Source: Spirochaetia bacterium (GTDB lineage Bacteria; Spirochaetota; Spirochaetia; SZUA-6; Bin103). Taken from it: a stretch of DNA of 64,000 nucleotides. The stretch covers positions 1,856,001 to 1,920,000 of the forward strand of contig OZ241863.1 in assembly GCA_965203055.1 (NCBI GenBank), written 5' to 3'. Each line of letters begins with the position of its first letter. The stretch's first letter is position 1. Positions 19,322 to 29,080 of the stretch are shown in pieces. The notes under the pieces are model-generated. The model was not told the origin of the DNA and ran no database searches. It saw nothing but the letters and a program-made list of their open reading frames with translations. Made by a program: the position numbers and the translations under genes.

Positions 19322-20722
19322 GAGATATTGTCAAGTCTTGTGGATTGAGAATCAGCGAGCGCATCTCCAATCGTTCCGTCTCTCTAAGCCGCTGCCTCCG
19401 TCAGCTCGCCGTCTACGAATTCACGCCCCTCCATCACCAGGGGTATGAGTTTGAAGCCCATCAGCCGGCGCCACCTCCGCTGCGCTTCCAGCGCCAGCTT
19501 CCAGACCATCGTCAGCGTCGCCGCCCGCGACCCGCAGCCCTTCGTCCGCTTCGTCCGCAGCCGCACCGTCGCATACGTCGACTCGATCGGGTTGCTGGTC
19601 CGCAGATGGGTCCAGTGCGCCGCCGGAAACCCATAGAAGCTGAACAGCGAGCCTTCATCCTTGCGCAGGCTGGCGACCGCCTTCGGGTACTTCGCCTCCC
19701 ACGCCGTGCAGAACTGGTGGTAGGCGCTGGTGGCATGCTCCAACGACGGCGCTTGCCACATCTCGCGGATCATCGTCTTCGCCCGCCCCTGCACCGACTG
19801 CGGCATCTTGTCCAGCACGTTGCCGGCCTTGTGGAACCAGCAGGTCTGTTCCTCCGTTCCCGGATACACCTCCCGCAGCGCCGCCCAGAACCCCAACGCC
19901 CCGTCCGCCGTCGCCAGCCGCGGCCCCTTCGTCAGCCCCCGTCGCCGCAGGTCCAACAGCAGCTCACACCACGCCGTCTTGCTCTCCCGGTAGCCGTCGC
20001 TGACCGCCACCACTTCCTTGCGCCCCTGCTCGTCGGCTCCCATGATCACCAGGATGCAACTGCGCTCCTCGTCCAGCCGCACGTTCACGTGCAGGCCGTC
20101 GGCCCAGAAGTACACGTACCGCTTGCCGCTCAGATCACGCTGCGTCCACTCCCGGTACTCCGCTTCCCACACCTTCTTCAGCCGCACCACGTTGGTCGCG
20201 CTCAGCCCTGCGGCCTGCTCTCCCAGGATCGCCGCCAGCGCCTGCGAGAAGTCCCCGCTCGATACCCCCTTCAGGTACAGCGTCGGTATCAGGCTGTCCA
20301 CACTCGGCGTCCGTCTCGCGTAGCGCGGCAGGATCGCGCTGCTGAACCTCGACTCGCCCTGCTTGGCGAGCTGGCGGTCATCGACCCGCGGCTGCCGGAT
20401 CGGGATCGGACCGATCCCGGTGACCAACGAGCGCTTCGGCAGATGGCCGTTGCGGACCGCCAGCCGGTGGCCGTGCTGATCCCGCTGGTCAGCGTACCGC
20501 GCCAGGAATTCGTCCACTTCCGCCTCCAGCGCCGCAGCCAGCATCTGCCGCGCTCCGGCGCGTACGATCTCATCCAGAATGGCACCAGGACCTTGAGGAC
20601 CTTGAGCCTCGGTGGTCCTGCCGGTATTGTTCTCCACGAGCGTACTCCTCCTGATTCGTGGTTGAATCGTTCTTGGGAGGATGCGCTCTTTTCATCCCGT
20701 CCACAACTTCCGGTTATATCTC
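19322..20722 (-). mobile_element. IS256-family element (1401 bp) nested in IS1380
   Basis: IRs GAGATATTGTCAAGTCTTGTGGA / rc GAGATATAACCGGAAGTTGTGGA; 9-bp TSD GATCGGCCA (19313-19321 / 20723-20731). Confidence 0.92.
19384..20637 (-). CDS. IS256 (Mutator-like) transposase
   Basis: 'VRNGH', 'LYLKGVS', 'YFWADG', 'DGALGFW', 'QTCWFHK', 'RTSNPIES'. Confidence 0.95.
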   Translation of the reverse strand: MENNTGRTTEAQGPQGPGAILDEIVRAGARQMLAAALEAEVDEFLARYADQRDQHGHRLAVRNGHLPKRSLVTGIGPIPIRQPRVDDRQLAKQGESRFSSAILPRYARRTPSVDSLIPTLYLKGVSSGDFSQALAAILGEQAAGLSATNVVRLKKVWEAEYREWTQRDLSGKRYVYFWADGLHVNVRLDEERSCILVIMGADEQGRKEVVAVSDGYRESKTAWCELLLDLRRRGLTKGPRLATADGALGFWAALREVYPGTEEQTCWFHKAGNVLDKMPQSVQGRAKTMIREMWQAPSLEHATSAYHQFCTAWEAKYPKAVASLRKDEGSLFSFYGFPAAHWTHLRTSNPIESTYATVRLRTKRTKGCGSRAATLTMVWKLALEAQRRWRRLMGFKLIPLVMEGREFVDGELTEAAA

Positions 20723-20934
20723 GATCGGCCACAGAAATGACGGAGAGTTCAAGGAATTTCGGCAGCTCTTGGGATGATGAACGGGTGGGGCACTGACGAT
20801 CGGCAAGGAACTGCAGTGCGCATGCCGCGCTATCCTGCCTCAGCAGCTCCAATTCCCGTTGCAACGCCTTGATTTGACCTCCTGGCCCACCCTCGGAACA
20901 GACTACTCCCTGCCACCTGCTCGCTGCCGGCCCA

Positions 20935-22377
20935 CTACAGCGCTGCCACTCGGGCCAGGGCCGTGCCGAACCTCTGGTAGTACTCCCCGGCCGGCAGCTT
21001 GAGCAGTACGCAACCCCGCCCGGTCTTGGCCACCACTCCCGCTTGGCACATCCACAGGTACAGAAAACGCTTGCATCTCAGCACCGCCCCATCTCCCAGG
21101 TCCAGCAGATTGAGCATCCAGGTCTTCAGGTTCCAGGCCAACGCCGCAATCATGAAGTAGGCCTGATTGGCTCCCAGGAAGCCGGTCGGCACATGGTCCA
21201 GTCCCAGCCCCTGCTTCAGGTCCTTGATCAGGTTCTCCTGATTGCCCCTCCCTTGCGCCATCCGCAGTATCTCCGTGGCGCTCCGCCGCAGCGCGTTCGT
21301 CACCACGATCCAGTAGTCATACTGGCGCAGCCCGTCGTCCAAGTACGCCTGCTGGTCGTCCCGATCGATGATCGGCGTCCGCTTGATCACATAGCGATAG
21401 CCCTGCTTCCAAGTCCTCGGACGGAACCGCATCTCGGCCACTTCCGGCTTCCCCTTGAAAGTCACCTTGCGCTTGCTCTTGCGCTGCCGCTGCAGCGTGA
21501 TCTTGCGTTTCACGTTGCCCCGCTTCTTCCGCCGGCGCCCGCTCACCGACTCCTGGATCTGGTCCTCATACCGACGCCAGGCACTTTCCGGGAGTGCCCA
21601 TACTGCCTTCATCAGATTCTGATGCTGCCTCGCCACGATGAAGAACTCTACCTGCCGCTGCTCGCAGATGCGCGTGACCCGCTCCTGATAGTAGCCGCTG
21701 TCGGCGCGCACCCGCACCTCCCGAAAGTGCCGCTGCACCCGCTCGATGGTTCCCGGCAGCACCTTGGTGATCCCGTAGCTGGTATGGCGGCAGCCTGGCT
21801 GCAATCCCAGATGCAGCACGTCCCCGGTCTCCGCCAAGGTCCCGTACAAGGCACTGTAGCTCCACCGCTTGTCATACGCGTAATCCGCGCCTTCCTTCTT
21901 CTCCCCATACACTTCGTGGATCGACGAATCCCAGTCCAGGGTCGCCACCCGGCGCCGCGCCCGCGGCAGCAACCGGAACGCGCGCTGCTGCACCTGCTCG
22001 CAGGCCTCCCGCAATTCGCTGCGCGCCAATGCCCCCTGTTGCAGGTCGCGCTGCTCCTGGTTCTCCCGCTTGCCGGCGAAGCGCGCCAGGAAGTCCCCGA
22101 CCGTCGTCGCGTGCGGCATCCGCGCGCCGCCCAACAGCCGGCGCAGCCCGGCATCGCTACGCAGCCGGTTGATGTCGTTGAGGGTGTCCCCGCCGGTGAG
22201 CAAGTTGTAGACCAGCGTCAGAACATGGTCGGACTCGGTATACCACTTGCACCGCTGCATGGCACGCACCGTGGAGTCGATCTCCGCAGCGACTCCGAGA
22301 CGCTCGACCAGTTGGTGGACGATGGCCAAGCCGGAGCAACTCAACAGCGGGGCACCCTTGCGCTCGGCGACCATCAT
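20935..22377 (-). CDS. IS1380-family DDE transposase (start uncertain)
   Basis: 'LDWDSS', 'VRADSGYY', 'RGNQENLIKDLK', 'ANQAYFMIAALAWNL'. Confidence 0.9.
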   Translation of the reverse strand: MMVAERKGAPLLSCSGLAIVHQLVERLGVAAEIDSTVRAMQRCKWYTESDHVLTLVYNLLTGGDTLNDINRLRSDAGLRRLLGGARMPHATTVGDFLARFAGKRENQEQRDLQQGALARSELREACEQVQQRAFRLLPRARRRVATLDWDSSIHEVYGEKKEGADYAYDKRWSYSALYGTLAETGDVLHLGLQPGCRHTSYGITKVLPGTIERVQRHFREVRVRADSGYYQERVTRICEQRQVEFFIVARQHQNLMKAVWALPESAWRRYEDQIQESVSGRRRKKRGNVKRKITLQRQRKSKRKVTFKGKPEVAEMRFRPRTWKQGYRYVIKRTPIIDRDDQQAYLDDGLRQYDYWIVVTNALRRSATEILRMAQGRGNQENLIKDLKQGLGLDHVPTGFLGANQAYFMIAALAWNLKTWMLNLLDLGDGAVLRCKRFLYLWMCQAGVVAKTGRGCVLLKLPAGEYYQRFGTALARVAAL

Positions 22378-22654
22378 GCGGGGATGGGAGAAATTGGGGT
22401 TGACAAGAATCGTCAGTGATGTAGTCTGATGATTGAGCCGTGAACTGAATCAATTCGGGTCCTCCTCGGTGTTTTGACCGGGTAGGTTAGGTGCTTCCGA
22501 TTAAAGCACTTAGGAGGACCTTTTTCAACCCGCCCAATCGAATCGCTTATTTAGGGTACTGAATGACGCGAGCGCGCGTGAAAACAGTCACCGGCGCGTA
22601 GTCCGCCCGGCCAGGTGCCGGGCGATTCCAATCAGATCAGACGGTATCACTCTG

Positions 22655-23014
22655 TCACGTCTCGCGGGCTTCCTGCCATTCGCTCTTTTCGTGGAAAGCG
22701 TGGTCGGGAATATCTTCTACGCCGATTGCCCGCAGGGCCGGCCTCATCCGCCGGCCAAGGCTTACGGTCCAGTCCGGATCCAGCTTGTTCTGGTCGCCGT
22801 CAAAGACGATGTTCAGCTCCAGGTAGTCCTCGTCGTCGTGGTCAACCTTCCGCTCCACCCAAACCGGGTCAAAAACGAAGTCGTCCCCGAACCGTTCAAT
22901 GAGCAGGTTTTTGGCAATATCGGCGATTTTGGTTAATTCATCTTCTTCGGCTGCACTCGGATCGACCTCCGACACCGCCTCTTTCGGCAGCGTTCGGAAC
23001 CACGACTCCGTCAT
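22655..23014 (-). CDS. Hypothetical acidic protein, putative partner/antitoxin of the downstream HEPN pseudogene
   Basis: ATG overlaps the upstream stop (ATGA); ends 4 nt before the HEPN GTG; 'DHDDEDYLELNIVFD' motif. Confidence 0.6.
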   Translation of the reverse strand: MTESWFRTLPKEAVSEVDPSAAEEDELTKIADIAKNLLIERFGDDFVFDPVWVERKVDHDDEDYLELNIVFDGDQNKLDPDWTVSLGRRMRPALRAIGVEDIPDHAFHEKSEWQEARET

Positions 23015-23751
23015 GGCGCGGTCTCCGCGCCGGATGGCGCCGGTGCCGGCGCGGAGGCCGGGTTGCCGTTCGCGGGCGGGCGCCACGGACCGGTCAACGC
23101 GCCCTCGATGCGCGCCACGCGCTCCGCGACCGAGTCCACGCGACCAGCCAGCGAGTCCAGCCGGGCGGTCAGGTCGCGGCGCATCTCTGTCAAGTCAGCG
23201 CGGGTGCCGTTGCGCACCTCCGCCAAATCGGCGCGCAGCTCGGTTACGGCGGCGGCCAGGTCGGCGCGGGCGCCGTTGCGCGCCTCCGCCAAGTCGGCGC
23301 GGGTGCCGTTGCGCACCTCCGCCAGGTCGGCGCGCAGCTCGGTTACGGCGGCGGCCAAGTCGACGCGGGCGCCGTTGCGCGCCTCCGCCAGGTCAGCGCG
23401 GGTGCCGTTGCGCACCTCCGCCAGGTCGGCGCGCAGCTCGGTTACGGCGGCGGCCAGATCGGCGCGGGCGCCGTTGCGCGCCTCCGCCAAGTCAGCACGG
23501 GTGCCGTTGCGCGCCTCCGCCAAATCGGCGCGCAGCTCGGTTACGGCGGCGGCCAGGTCGACGCGGGTGCCGTTGCGCACCTCCGCCAAGTCGGCGCGGA
23601 GGTTGGCCATGGCCGCGTCCAGGTTGGTGCGCTGCAAGGTGATCTCGCGGCGCAGGCTCTTACCCTGCAGCAGCACTACCGGCAGCAGCACGGCCAGGAT
23701 GGCAGCCACGGCGCCGACCGCGGCCAGCAGCACGGTCAGGGATTCGGTCAT
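23011..23751 (-). CDS. Membrane-anchored coiled-coil repeat protein
   Basis: N-terminal TM helix, then 11-aa repeats (RADLAEVRNGT / RADLAAAVTEL), C-terminal 'ERVARIEG'; AAGGAGG RBS upstream. Confidence 0.75.
   Translation of the reverse strand: MTESLTVLLAAVGAVAAILAVLLPVVLLQGKSLRREITLQRTNLDAAMANLRADLAEVRNGTRVDLAAAVTELRADLAEARNGTRADLAEARNGARADLAAAVTELRADLAEVRNGTRADLAEARNGARVDLAAAVTELRADLAEVRNGTRADLAEARNGARADLAAAVTELRADLAEVRNGTRADLTEMRRDLTARLDSLAGRVDSVAERVARIEGALTGPWRPPANGNPASAPAPAPSGAETAP
23190..23605 (-). repeat. 33-bp tandem repeats within the coiled-coil gene
   Basis: Recurrent units such as cgggtgccgttgcgcacctccgccaagtcggcg and cgcagctcggttacggcggcggccaggtcggcg; boundaries approximate. 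Confidence 0.85.
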
Positions 23752-24076
23752 GGGGTGGCCTCCTTGTCAGGGGTGAGTGCGTCAAGCTCCACGCGCATTT
23801 GGCGGGTCAACCGCTCCGGGGGGATAGATCGGCGCCGCCTTGGCGCCTTCGTCCGGTTGCTCATGGGGGGTACCGCTTGATCCTATGATGACGGCGCTTC
23901 CGTGGCTATTCAACGGTGACCTCAATCAATCATACGGCCTCCGACCGATTTGATCCGTCCGGCTACGGCGTTGAGTAACCGCGCCCGACGCCCTACCCTG
24001 TTGCCTTCGAGACACCGTCGAAGTCAAGCGCCGGGCCGACGCGCGGCCCCGCGCTCCGCTCGGAGGAGAGAGCTAG

Positions 24077-24880
24077 ATGAACACTGCCGCAACCGGCCCG
24101 GCGCCGCAGCCGCTGCATTGGTCGTTCAATCAGGATCACTCGCGCAACCAGCCCGGTTTCGGCGCCGACCTGCGCGCCACGTTGCGCCGCTACCATGAGC
24201 GGCCGACCCCGGCGGAGCGCCGCGTGTACCGCGTGTTGCCCAACTTCTGGAGCGGCTATCAGCCCGCGCCGGTGGCCGAGCTGGCGATCGGCAGCGTGGA
24301 AATAACCCGCGCCGCGGCCGCCTCCGGGGAGGGCGCCGCCTACCGCGTCACCGCCGGCAACACCACCAGCGGCGAGCGCGCCAGCTACGCGTTCAGCGCC
24401 GCCGCGGACCGCTGGCGCAGCCTCACCGGGGAGTGGCAGGTCGAGGTCCGCAACGACTCCGGCGACGCCTGGCGCAGGTACGCCGCGGCCGGCGCCCTGG
24501 AACCGCCCGGCGCCGACGGGGCTCGGCGGGTGCGGCTGCAGGTGAACGGCGCCGCCCTGGCGGCGGGGGCCTGGAGCGGCGAGCGGCCGCTGACCACCCC
24601 GTGGGCGCTGCTCGACGTCATCCCCGAGCTGCAGGGAAGCTGCGAGCTGGCCCTGCTGGAGGAGCTGGAGCGGCTGCGCGAGCCGGTGCGGGTGGTTCCC
24701 GTAGGAGAGTGGCGGTGGCCGCCCCCGGACGCGGATCTGGGCATCCTCACCGGCTGGTGCGCGCACGGTCCCGGCCTGCTGCCCACCTATTACTGGGTGG
24801 ACCGCGGCGGCGCCGTCGCGGTGGCGTCGGGCCTGTTCCAGACCTGGGTGGCCTGCGCGCCGCCGGAGGAGGCAGCATGA
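24077..24880 (+). CDS. Hypothetical protein
   Basis: GGAGGAG RBS, GC3-biased codons, ATGA-coupled to the sulfatase. Confidence 0.65.
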   Translation: MNTAATGPAPQPLHWSFNQDHSRNQPGFGADLRATLRRYHERPTPAERRVYRVLPNFWSGYQPAPVAELAIGSVEITRAAAASGEGAAYRVTAGNTTSGERASYAFSAAADRWRSLTGEWQVEVRNDSGDAWRRYAAAGALEPPGADGARRVRLQVNGAALAAGAWSGERPLTTPWALLDVIPELQGSCELALLEELERLREPVRVVPVGEWRWPPPDADLGILTGWCAHGPGLLPTYYWVDRGGAVAVASGLFQTWVACAPPEEAA

Positions 24881-26304
24881 ACGCCGCCCGCCCCAACATC
24901 ATCTTCCTGCATACCGATCAACACACCTGGGACGCCGTATCCGCCTACGGCAACCGCTACGTGGCGACGCCCAACATCGACCGCCTGCAACGCCGCGGCC
25001 TCTCCTTCATGCGCGCCTATTGCACCGATCCGGTGTGCGCTCCGGCGCGCAGCAGTTGGATGACCGGCCGCTACTCCTCCGAGACCGGCGTGCCGTTCAA
25101 CGGCGGCGTGTTGCATGACGACCTTCCCGACCTGGGGCAGCATCTCAACGCGCACGGCTTTCCCGCCTACCACAGCGGCAAGTGGCACGTCACCGGCCGC
25201 GACGTCACCTCCAGCTTCCGCACCCTGTACTTCGGCCGGCGCCGCATCGGCGCCGGCGGCGGCGAGTACTACGACGGCGCCATCACCCGCTCGGTGGTGG
25301 AGTTCCTCACCGGACGCCGCAGCCGCGAGCCGTTCTTCCTGCAGATCGGCATGGTCAATCCGCACGACGTGTGCGAGTACGGACACAACTTCGAGGAGAA
25401 GCTGATTCCCGATCCGGTGGCGCAAGGGATTCTGAACGCCGAGGAACTGCCACCGCTGCCGGCCAACTTCCACTACGACGAGCCGGAGACCATGACCCAT
25501 CGGGTGGTGCGGCGCGACGATAACTGCCTGGTGCATTGGCCAATCCTGCGCCGCACGCGGAGCTGGTCGGAGCTGCAGTGGCGCTATCTGGCGTGGAATC
25601 TGTACCGCTTCGTGGAGAAGGTGGATGCCGAGATCGGCCTGGTGCTGGCCGCGCTGGAGGCCTCCGGCCACGCCGACGACACCCTGATCCTGTTTACCGC
25701 CGACCACGGCGAGGCCGCCGGCCAGCACCGGATGTTCCAGAAGTTCACCCTGTACGAGGAGAGCGCGCGGGTGCCGTTCATCGCCGCCTGCCTCGGCGAC
25801 GGCGTGACGCTTCCCACGGGCGGCTACGACCGCGAGCACTTCATCTCCGGCGTGGACGTGTTTCCCACCGTGTGCGACTACGCCGGCATAGCGCCGCCGC
25901 CCGGCCTGCCGGGGCGCAGCATCCGCCCGCTGCTGGAGGGCGCTGCCACCGCCTGGCGCGAGCACGGGCTGATCGAGAGCAACTACTGGGCGCGGGCCAT
26001 TGTCACCGCGCGCTACAAGTACGTCACCGAATACCGCCCGCGCGCGGCGGAGGATTTTCTGGCGCCCGGACCCGACGACGCGGAGCGCGGTCTGGAGCAG
26101 CTCTTCGATCTGCGCGAGGATCCGGGCGAGACCCGCAACCTGGCCGGCGCTGCCGCGCAGGCCGGGGTGATCGCCGACTGCCGGCGGCGCCTGGCGGAGA
26201 GCGAGCGCGCGCTGCGGCGGCGCCCGCTGCGCCCCGGCGCGCCGCGCGCCATGGTCGAGCACTGGGGCGAACGGCTGCGCCGGCGCTGGCGGCAGGCTGC
26301 TTGA
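24877..26304 (+). CDS. Cys-type sulfatase
   Basis: 'RPNIIFLHTDQ', 'CAPAR' (CxPxR), 'GKWH', 'TADHG', 'YEESARVP', 'LFDLREDPGE'. Confidence 0.92.
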   Translation: MNAARPNIIFLHTDQHTWDAVSAYGNRYVATPNIDRLQRRGLSFMRAYCTDPVCAPARSSWMTGRYSSETGVPFNGGVLHDDLPDLGQHLNAHGFPAYHSGKWHVTGRDVTSSFRTLYFGRRRIGAGGGEYYDGAITRSVVEFLTGRRSREPFFLQIGMVNPHDVCEYGHNFEEKLIPDPVAQGILNAEELPPLPANFHYDEPETMTHRVVRRDDNCLVHWPILRRTRSWSELQWRYLAWNLYRFVEKVDAEIGLVLAALEASGHADDTLILFTADHGEAAGQHRMFQKFTLYEESARVPFIAACLGDGVTLPTGGYDREHFISGVDVFPTVCDYAGIAPPPGLPGRSIRPLLEGAATAWREHGLIESNYWARAIVTARYKYVTEYRPRAAEDFLAPGPDDAERGLEQLFDLREDPGETRNLAGAAAQAGVIADCRRRLAESERALRRRPLRPGAPRAMVEHWGERLRRRWRQAA

Positions 26305-26574
26305 TCCCACCGCGGCGCGCGGCGCGCGGCGCCGGCCGCCGGCGTAGCGCCGCGCGCTGAACGCGGCCACCCCGCGCCGCGGATCGCCGCCCTCGACGCC
26401 GCGCTGGAGCGAGCCGGCGTCCGCAGCGTCATCGACCCGGCGCTCCGCGAGTCGCCGCTGCTGGCGGCTGGTCTGGAGCAGCTCGCGCGGCGGGCGGCCG
26501 CGGCCCGCCCGCTGCCGGCGCGCGTCTGCTGGAGCCGAATCCACTACCGGCAGCACTTTCGCCCGGCTGCCGCC

Positions 26575-27885
26575 TTGCGCGAGTTGCGCCGCGCTGACGG
26601 CAGGCGCGCGTATGAACTGACCGTGGACCTCGGCCAGACCGCCTCGCCGGCGCACCTGGAGTGCGAACTGCAGCGCGCGCTCGACGGCCCGCGGCCCGCC
26701 CCGGGCGCCGCCATCGGCCCGTTCGCCGGCGCCGGCCGCAGTCCGGCGTGGCTGTTCAACGCCGCCTTCTGGCGTCACCTGCCTCGCTTCATGCAGGCGC
26801 TCGGACGCGACTTCCGCGACTCCATCGCCGGCTCCCCCGACACCGACCGCGCGCTGACCGAGGACGATGCCCGGCGCTTCATCGCCCGGCTGCGCGCCGC
26901 TGCCGGGCGCGGCGCTCCCCTCGCCTACCTCGACGTCGGAGCCGCCGGCACCGAGCACGCCGCGGCCATGATCGGCTACCTGGCAGCGGCGAACGCCGGC
27001 CCGGTGGAGTACCTGCTCGGCGACATTTCACCCGCGGCGCTGGCCCGGGCGCGGCAGCGGCTGGGAGAGCGCCGCGCGCAGGTGACGGTGCGCTACGTGC
27101 GTCTCGATTTGCAGCAGCCCGGCGCGCCGCTCGCCGGCTACCGCGGCCGCATCCTCACCGCGCACCTCACCAACGTGCTCGACAACCTCCCCGGCGAGCA
27201 GGTGGCGCAGGCGGATGGCCGCCGCTACCTGCTGCGCACGCAACTCTATCTGCCGGCGGCCGCGTTGCGGCAGCTCGCCGCCGACTATGGCCTCCGGGCG
27301 GAGCGGCTGGCCGCCGACCTGGCGGCCATTCCCGCCACCGGGGTGGACCGGTTCCTGGCGGCATACCGGCCGCTTGTGGCCGGCGGCGAGCGCCGCCTGA
27401 TGCGGTTCTGGCACAATCTGTACGGCAACCCGGCGGCGCGCGGGACCGGGCTCAAGCTGCGCGAACGGCTGGTGGAAATCCCCGACCTGGCGCGCTTCGC
27501 GCCGTGGCCGCCGGACACGCCCGGGCGGCAACGCCTGACGCATCCTGGCGCAGTGATCGGGGAAGTGCTGGAACGCGCCGGTAGCGACGTGTGGCTACAC
27601 CTGTCGGAGCGGGCGATGCACGGCTGCCTGCAGCTTCTCGCGCTGCTGCATCCCGCCGGCGTGTTGGAGATTACCGACATTCTGCTGCGGGAAGCCGCGG
27701 CGCACTACGCGTCCTACCGCGGGCCGGCTAAGTTCGACGGCTCGGTGGTGGAGTGGTTCAACGGCGCCCTGTTCCAGGCGTTCGCGCGGCGCGCGTTTCC
27801 CGGCTGTCGCTGCCGCTCCCGGCCGCTCACCGCCGCCGGCAAGCCGCACATGACGCGGTTGGAGGTGGGACCGGGCGGCGGCTGA
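26575..27885 (+). CDS. Hypothetical SAM-dependent methyltransferase-like protein (start uncertain)
   Basis: 'YLDVGAAG', 'YLLGDIS', 'NVLDNLP'. The frame is open back to 26305 with no ATG/GTG. Confidence 0.55.
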   Translation: MRELRRADGRRAYELTVDLGQTASPAHLECELQRALDGPRPAPGAAIGPFAGAGRSPAWLFNAAFWRHLPRFMQALGRDFRDSIAGSPDTDRALTEDDARRFIARLRAAAGRGAPLAYLDVGAAGTEHAAAMIGYLAAANAGPVEYLLGDISPAALARARQRLGERRAQVTVRYVRLDLQQPGAPLAGYRGRILTAHLTNVLDNLPGEQVAQADGRRYLLRTQLYLPAAALRQLAADYGLRAERLAADLAAIPATGVDRFLAAYRPLVAGGERRLMRFWHNLYGNPAARGTGLKLRERLVEIPDLARFAPWPPDTPGRQRLTHPGAVIGEVLERAGSDVWLHLSERAMHGCLQLLALLHPAGVLEITDILLREAAAHYASYRGPAKFDGSVVEWFNGALFQAFARRAFPGCRCRSRPLTAAGKPHMTRLEVGPGGG

Positions 27886-27892
27886 CCGGCGC

Positions 27893-28933
27893 TCAGGCGC
27901 CGCCGAGGGTGATCTGCGCCTTCACGCTGGCGGCCGGCATGGCGTCCGCGAACCGGAACGCGGCCACGGCGTCGGCGAAGGGAAACGTATCGGTGATCAG
28001 GGGGCGGACGTCGATGCGGCCACTTTCCAGCAGCGCCAGCGCGCGGGGATAGGCGTGGGCGTAGCGGAACACGGTCTCCACGCGCGCCTCCTTGACCTGC
28101 GCCGCCACCACGTCGAAGGCGACCGGCGCGCCCGGCATGCCTACCAGTACCACGCAGCCGCCGGGCCGGAGCGGTTCCAGCACCTCGGCCGCCGCCGCGG
28201 CGCTGCCGCTGCACTCGAACACCAAGTCGGCGCCCCAGCCGCCGGTGAGCGAGCGGGCCGCCTCCGCCGGCGAGTCGCGCCCCACCTGCAGCGGCACGAT
28301 CGGCCCCAGGGAGGCGGCCAACTGCAGCTTGGCGGCTACCAGGTCCGCGATCACCACCCGGCTGCAGCCGCCGGCGAGGGCGGCCAGCGCCGTTACCATG
28401 CCGATCGGTCCGGCCCCGATCACCACCGCCACGTCGCCCGGTACGATGCGCGCCTTGGCCGCGGCGTGCATGCCGACCGCCAGCGGCTCCACCATCGCCG
28501 CTTCGGCGAAGCCGAGCCGGCCCGGGAGCTTGAACGTGAACGCCGCCGGATGAACCACCTCGGGGCGCAGCACGCCGTGAACCGGCGGCGTGGCCCAGAA
28601 GCGGACCGCCGGATCGAGGTTGTAACGCCCCAGGCGCGCCGCGCGGCTGTCCGGGTCGGGAATGCCCGGCTCCATGGTCACGCGGTCGCCCGCCCGCAGG
28701 TGGGTTACCGCGCTGCCGGCCTCCAGCACCGTGCCGGCGGCCTCGTGGCCCAGTATCAGCGGTTCCCGCACCACGAACGGCCCAATGCGGCCGTGCCGGT
28801 AGTAGTGAACGTCGCTGCCGCAGATGCCCACCGTGTGGACCGCCACCCGCACGTCGCGCGGCCCCAGCCGCTCCGGCACCGCGATGTCGCGCAGCGCGAG
28901 CTGCCGCTTCCGCTCCAGGACCAGCGCCTGCAT
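27893..28933 (-). CDS. Zn-dependent polyol (sorbitol/xylitol) dehydrogenase
   Basis: 'GICGSDVHY', 'LGHEAAG', 'GAGPIG', 'FRYA'. Confidence 0.9.
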   Translation of the reverse strand: MQALVLERKRQLALRDIAVPERLGPRDVRVAVHTVGICGSDVHYYRHGRIGPFVVREPLILGHEAAGTVLEAGSAVTHLRAGDRVTMEPGIPDPDSRAARLGRYNLDPAVRFWATPPVHGVLRPEVVHPAAFTFKLPGRLGFAEAAMVEPLAVGMHAAAKARIVPGDVAVVIGAGPIGMVTALAALAGGCSRVVIADLVAAKLQLAASLGPIVPLQVGRDSPAEAARSLTGGWGADLVFECSGSAAAAAEVLEPLRPGGCVVLVGMPGAPVAFDVVAAQVKEARVETVFRYAHAYPRALALLESGRIDVRPLITDTFPFADAVAAFRFADAMPAASVKAQITLGGA

Positions 28934-29080
28934 CGCCTCCTCCCCGGCCGGAATGGTCGCACGCCCCGCGCGCCGCTGCCAACCGCCGCCCCGGCCGCCG
29001 GCGCGGCCCGTCCCGCCCCCAGCCCGCCCGCGGAGCGGCAGGCTTGCGCGGCACGGCGATTCCCGCGCACAGTCCGGCGC

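Larger units (their letters stand above)
19290..22556 (-). mobile_element. IS1380-family element (about 1857 bp without the nested IS256)
   Basis: IRs CCCAGAATAAGCGA / rc CCCTAAATAAGCGA; 6-bp TSD TACTGA (19284-19289 / 22557-22562). Confidence 0.9.
19181..22650 (-). pseudogene. HEPN-like gene, internally deleted/frameshifted and interrupted by IS1380
   Basis: Removing the IS and one TSD gives 'VIPSDLIGIARHLA' [frame change] 'RADYAPVTVFTRARVIQYIDETERIIRRFNDAPDGDLQAFAVYALFRLRQN*', resembling the intact 43708-44181 protein ('RQNADYD'). Confidence 0.7.
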
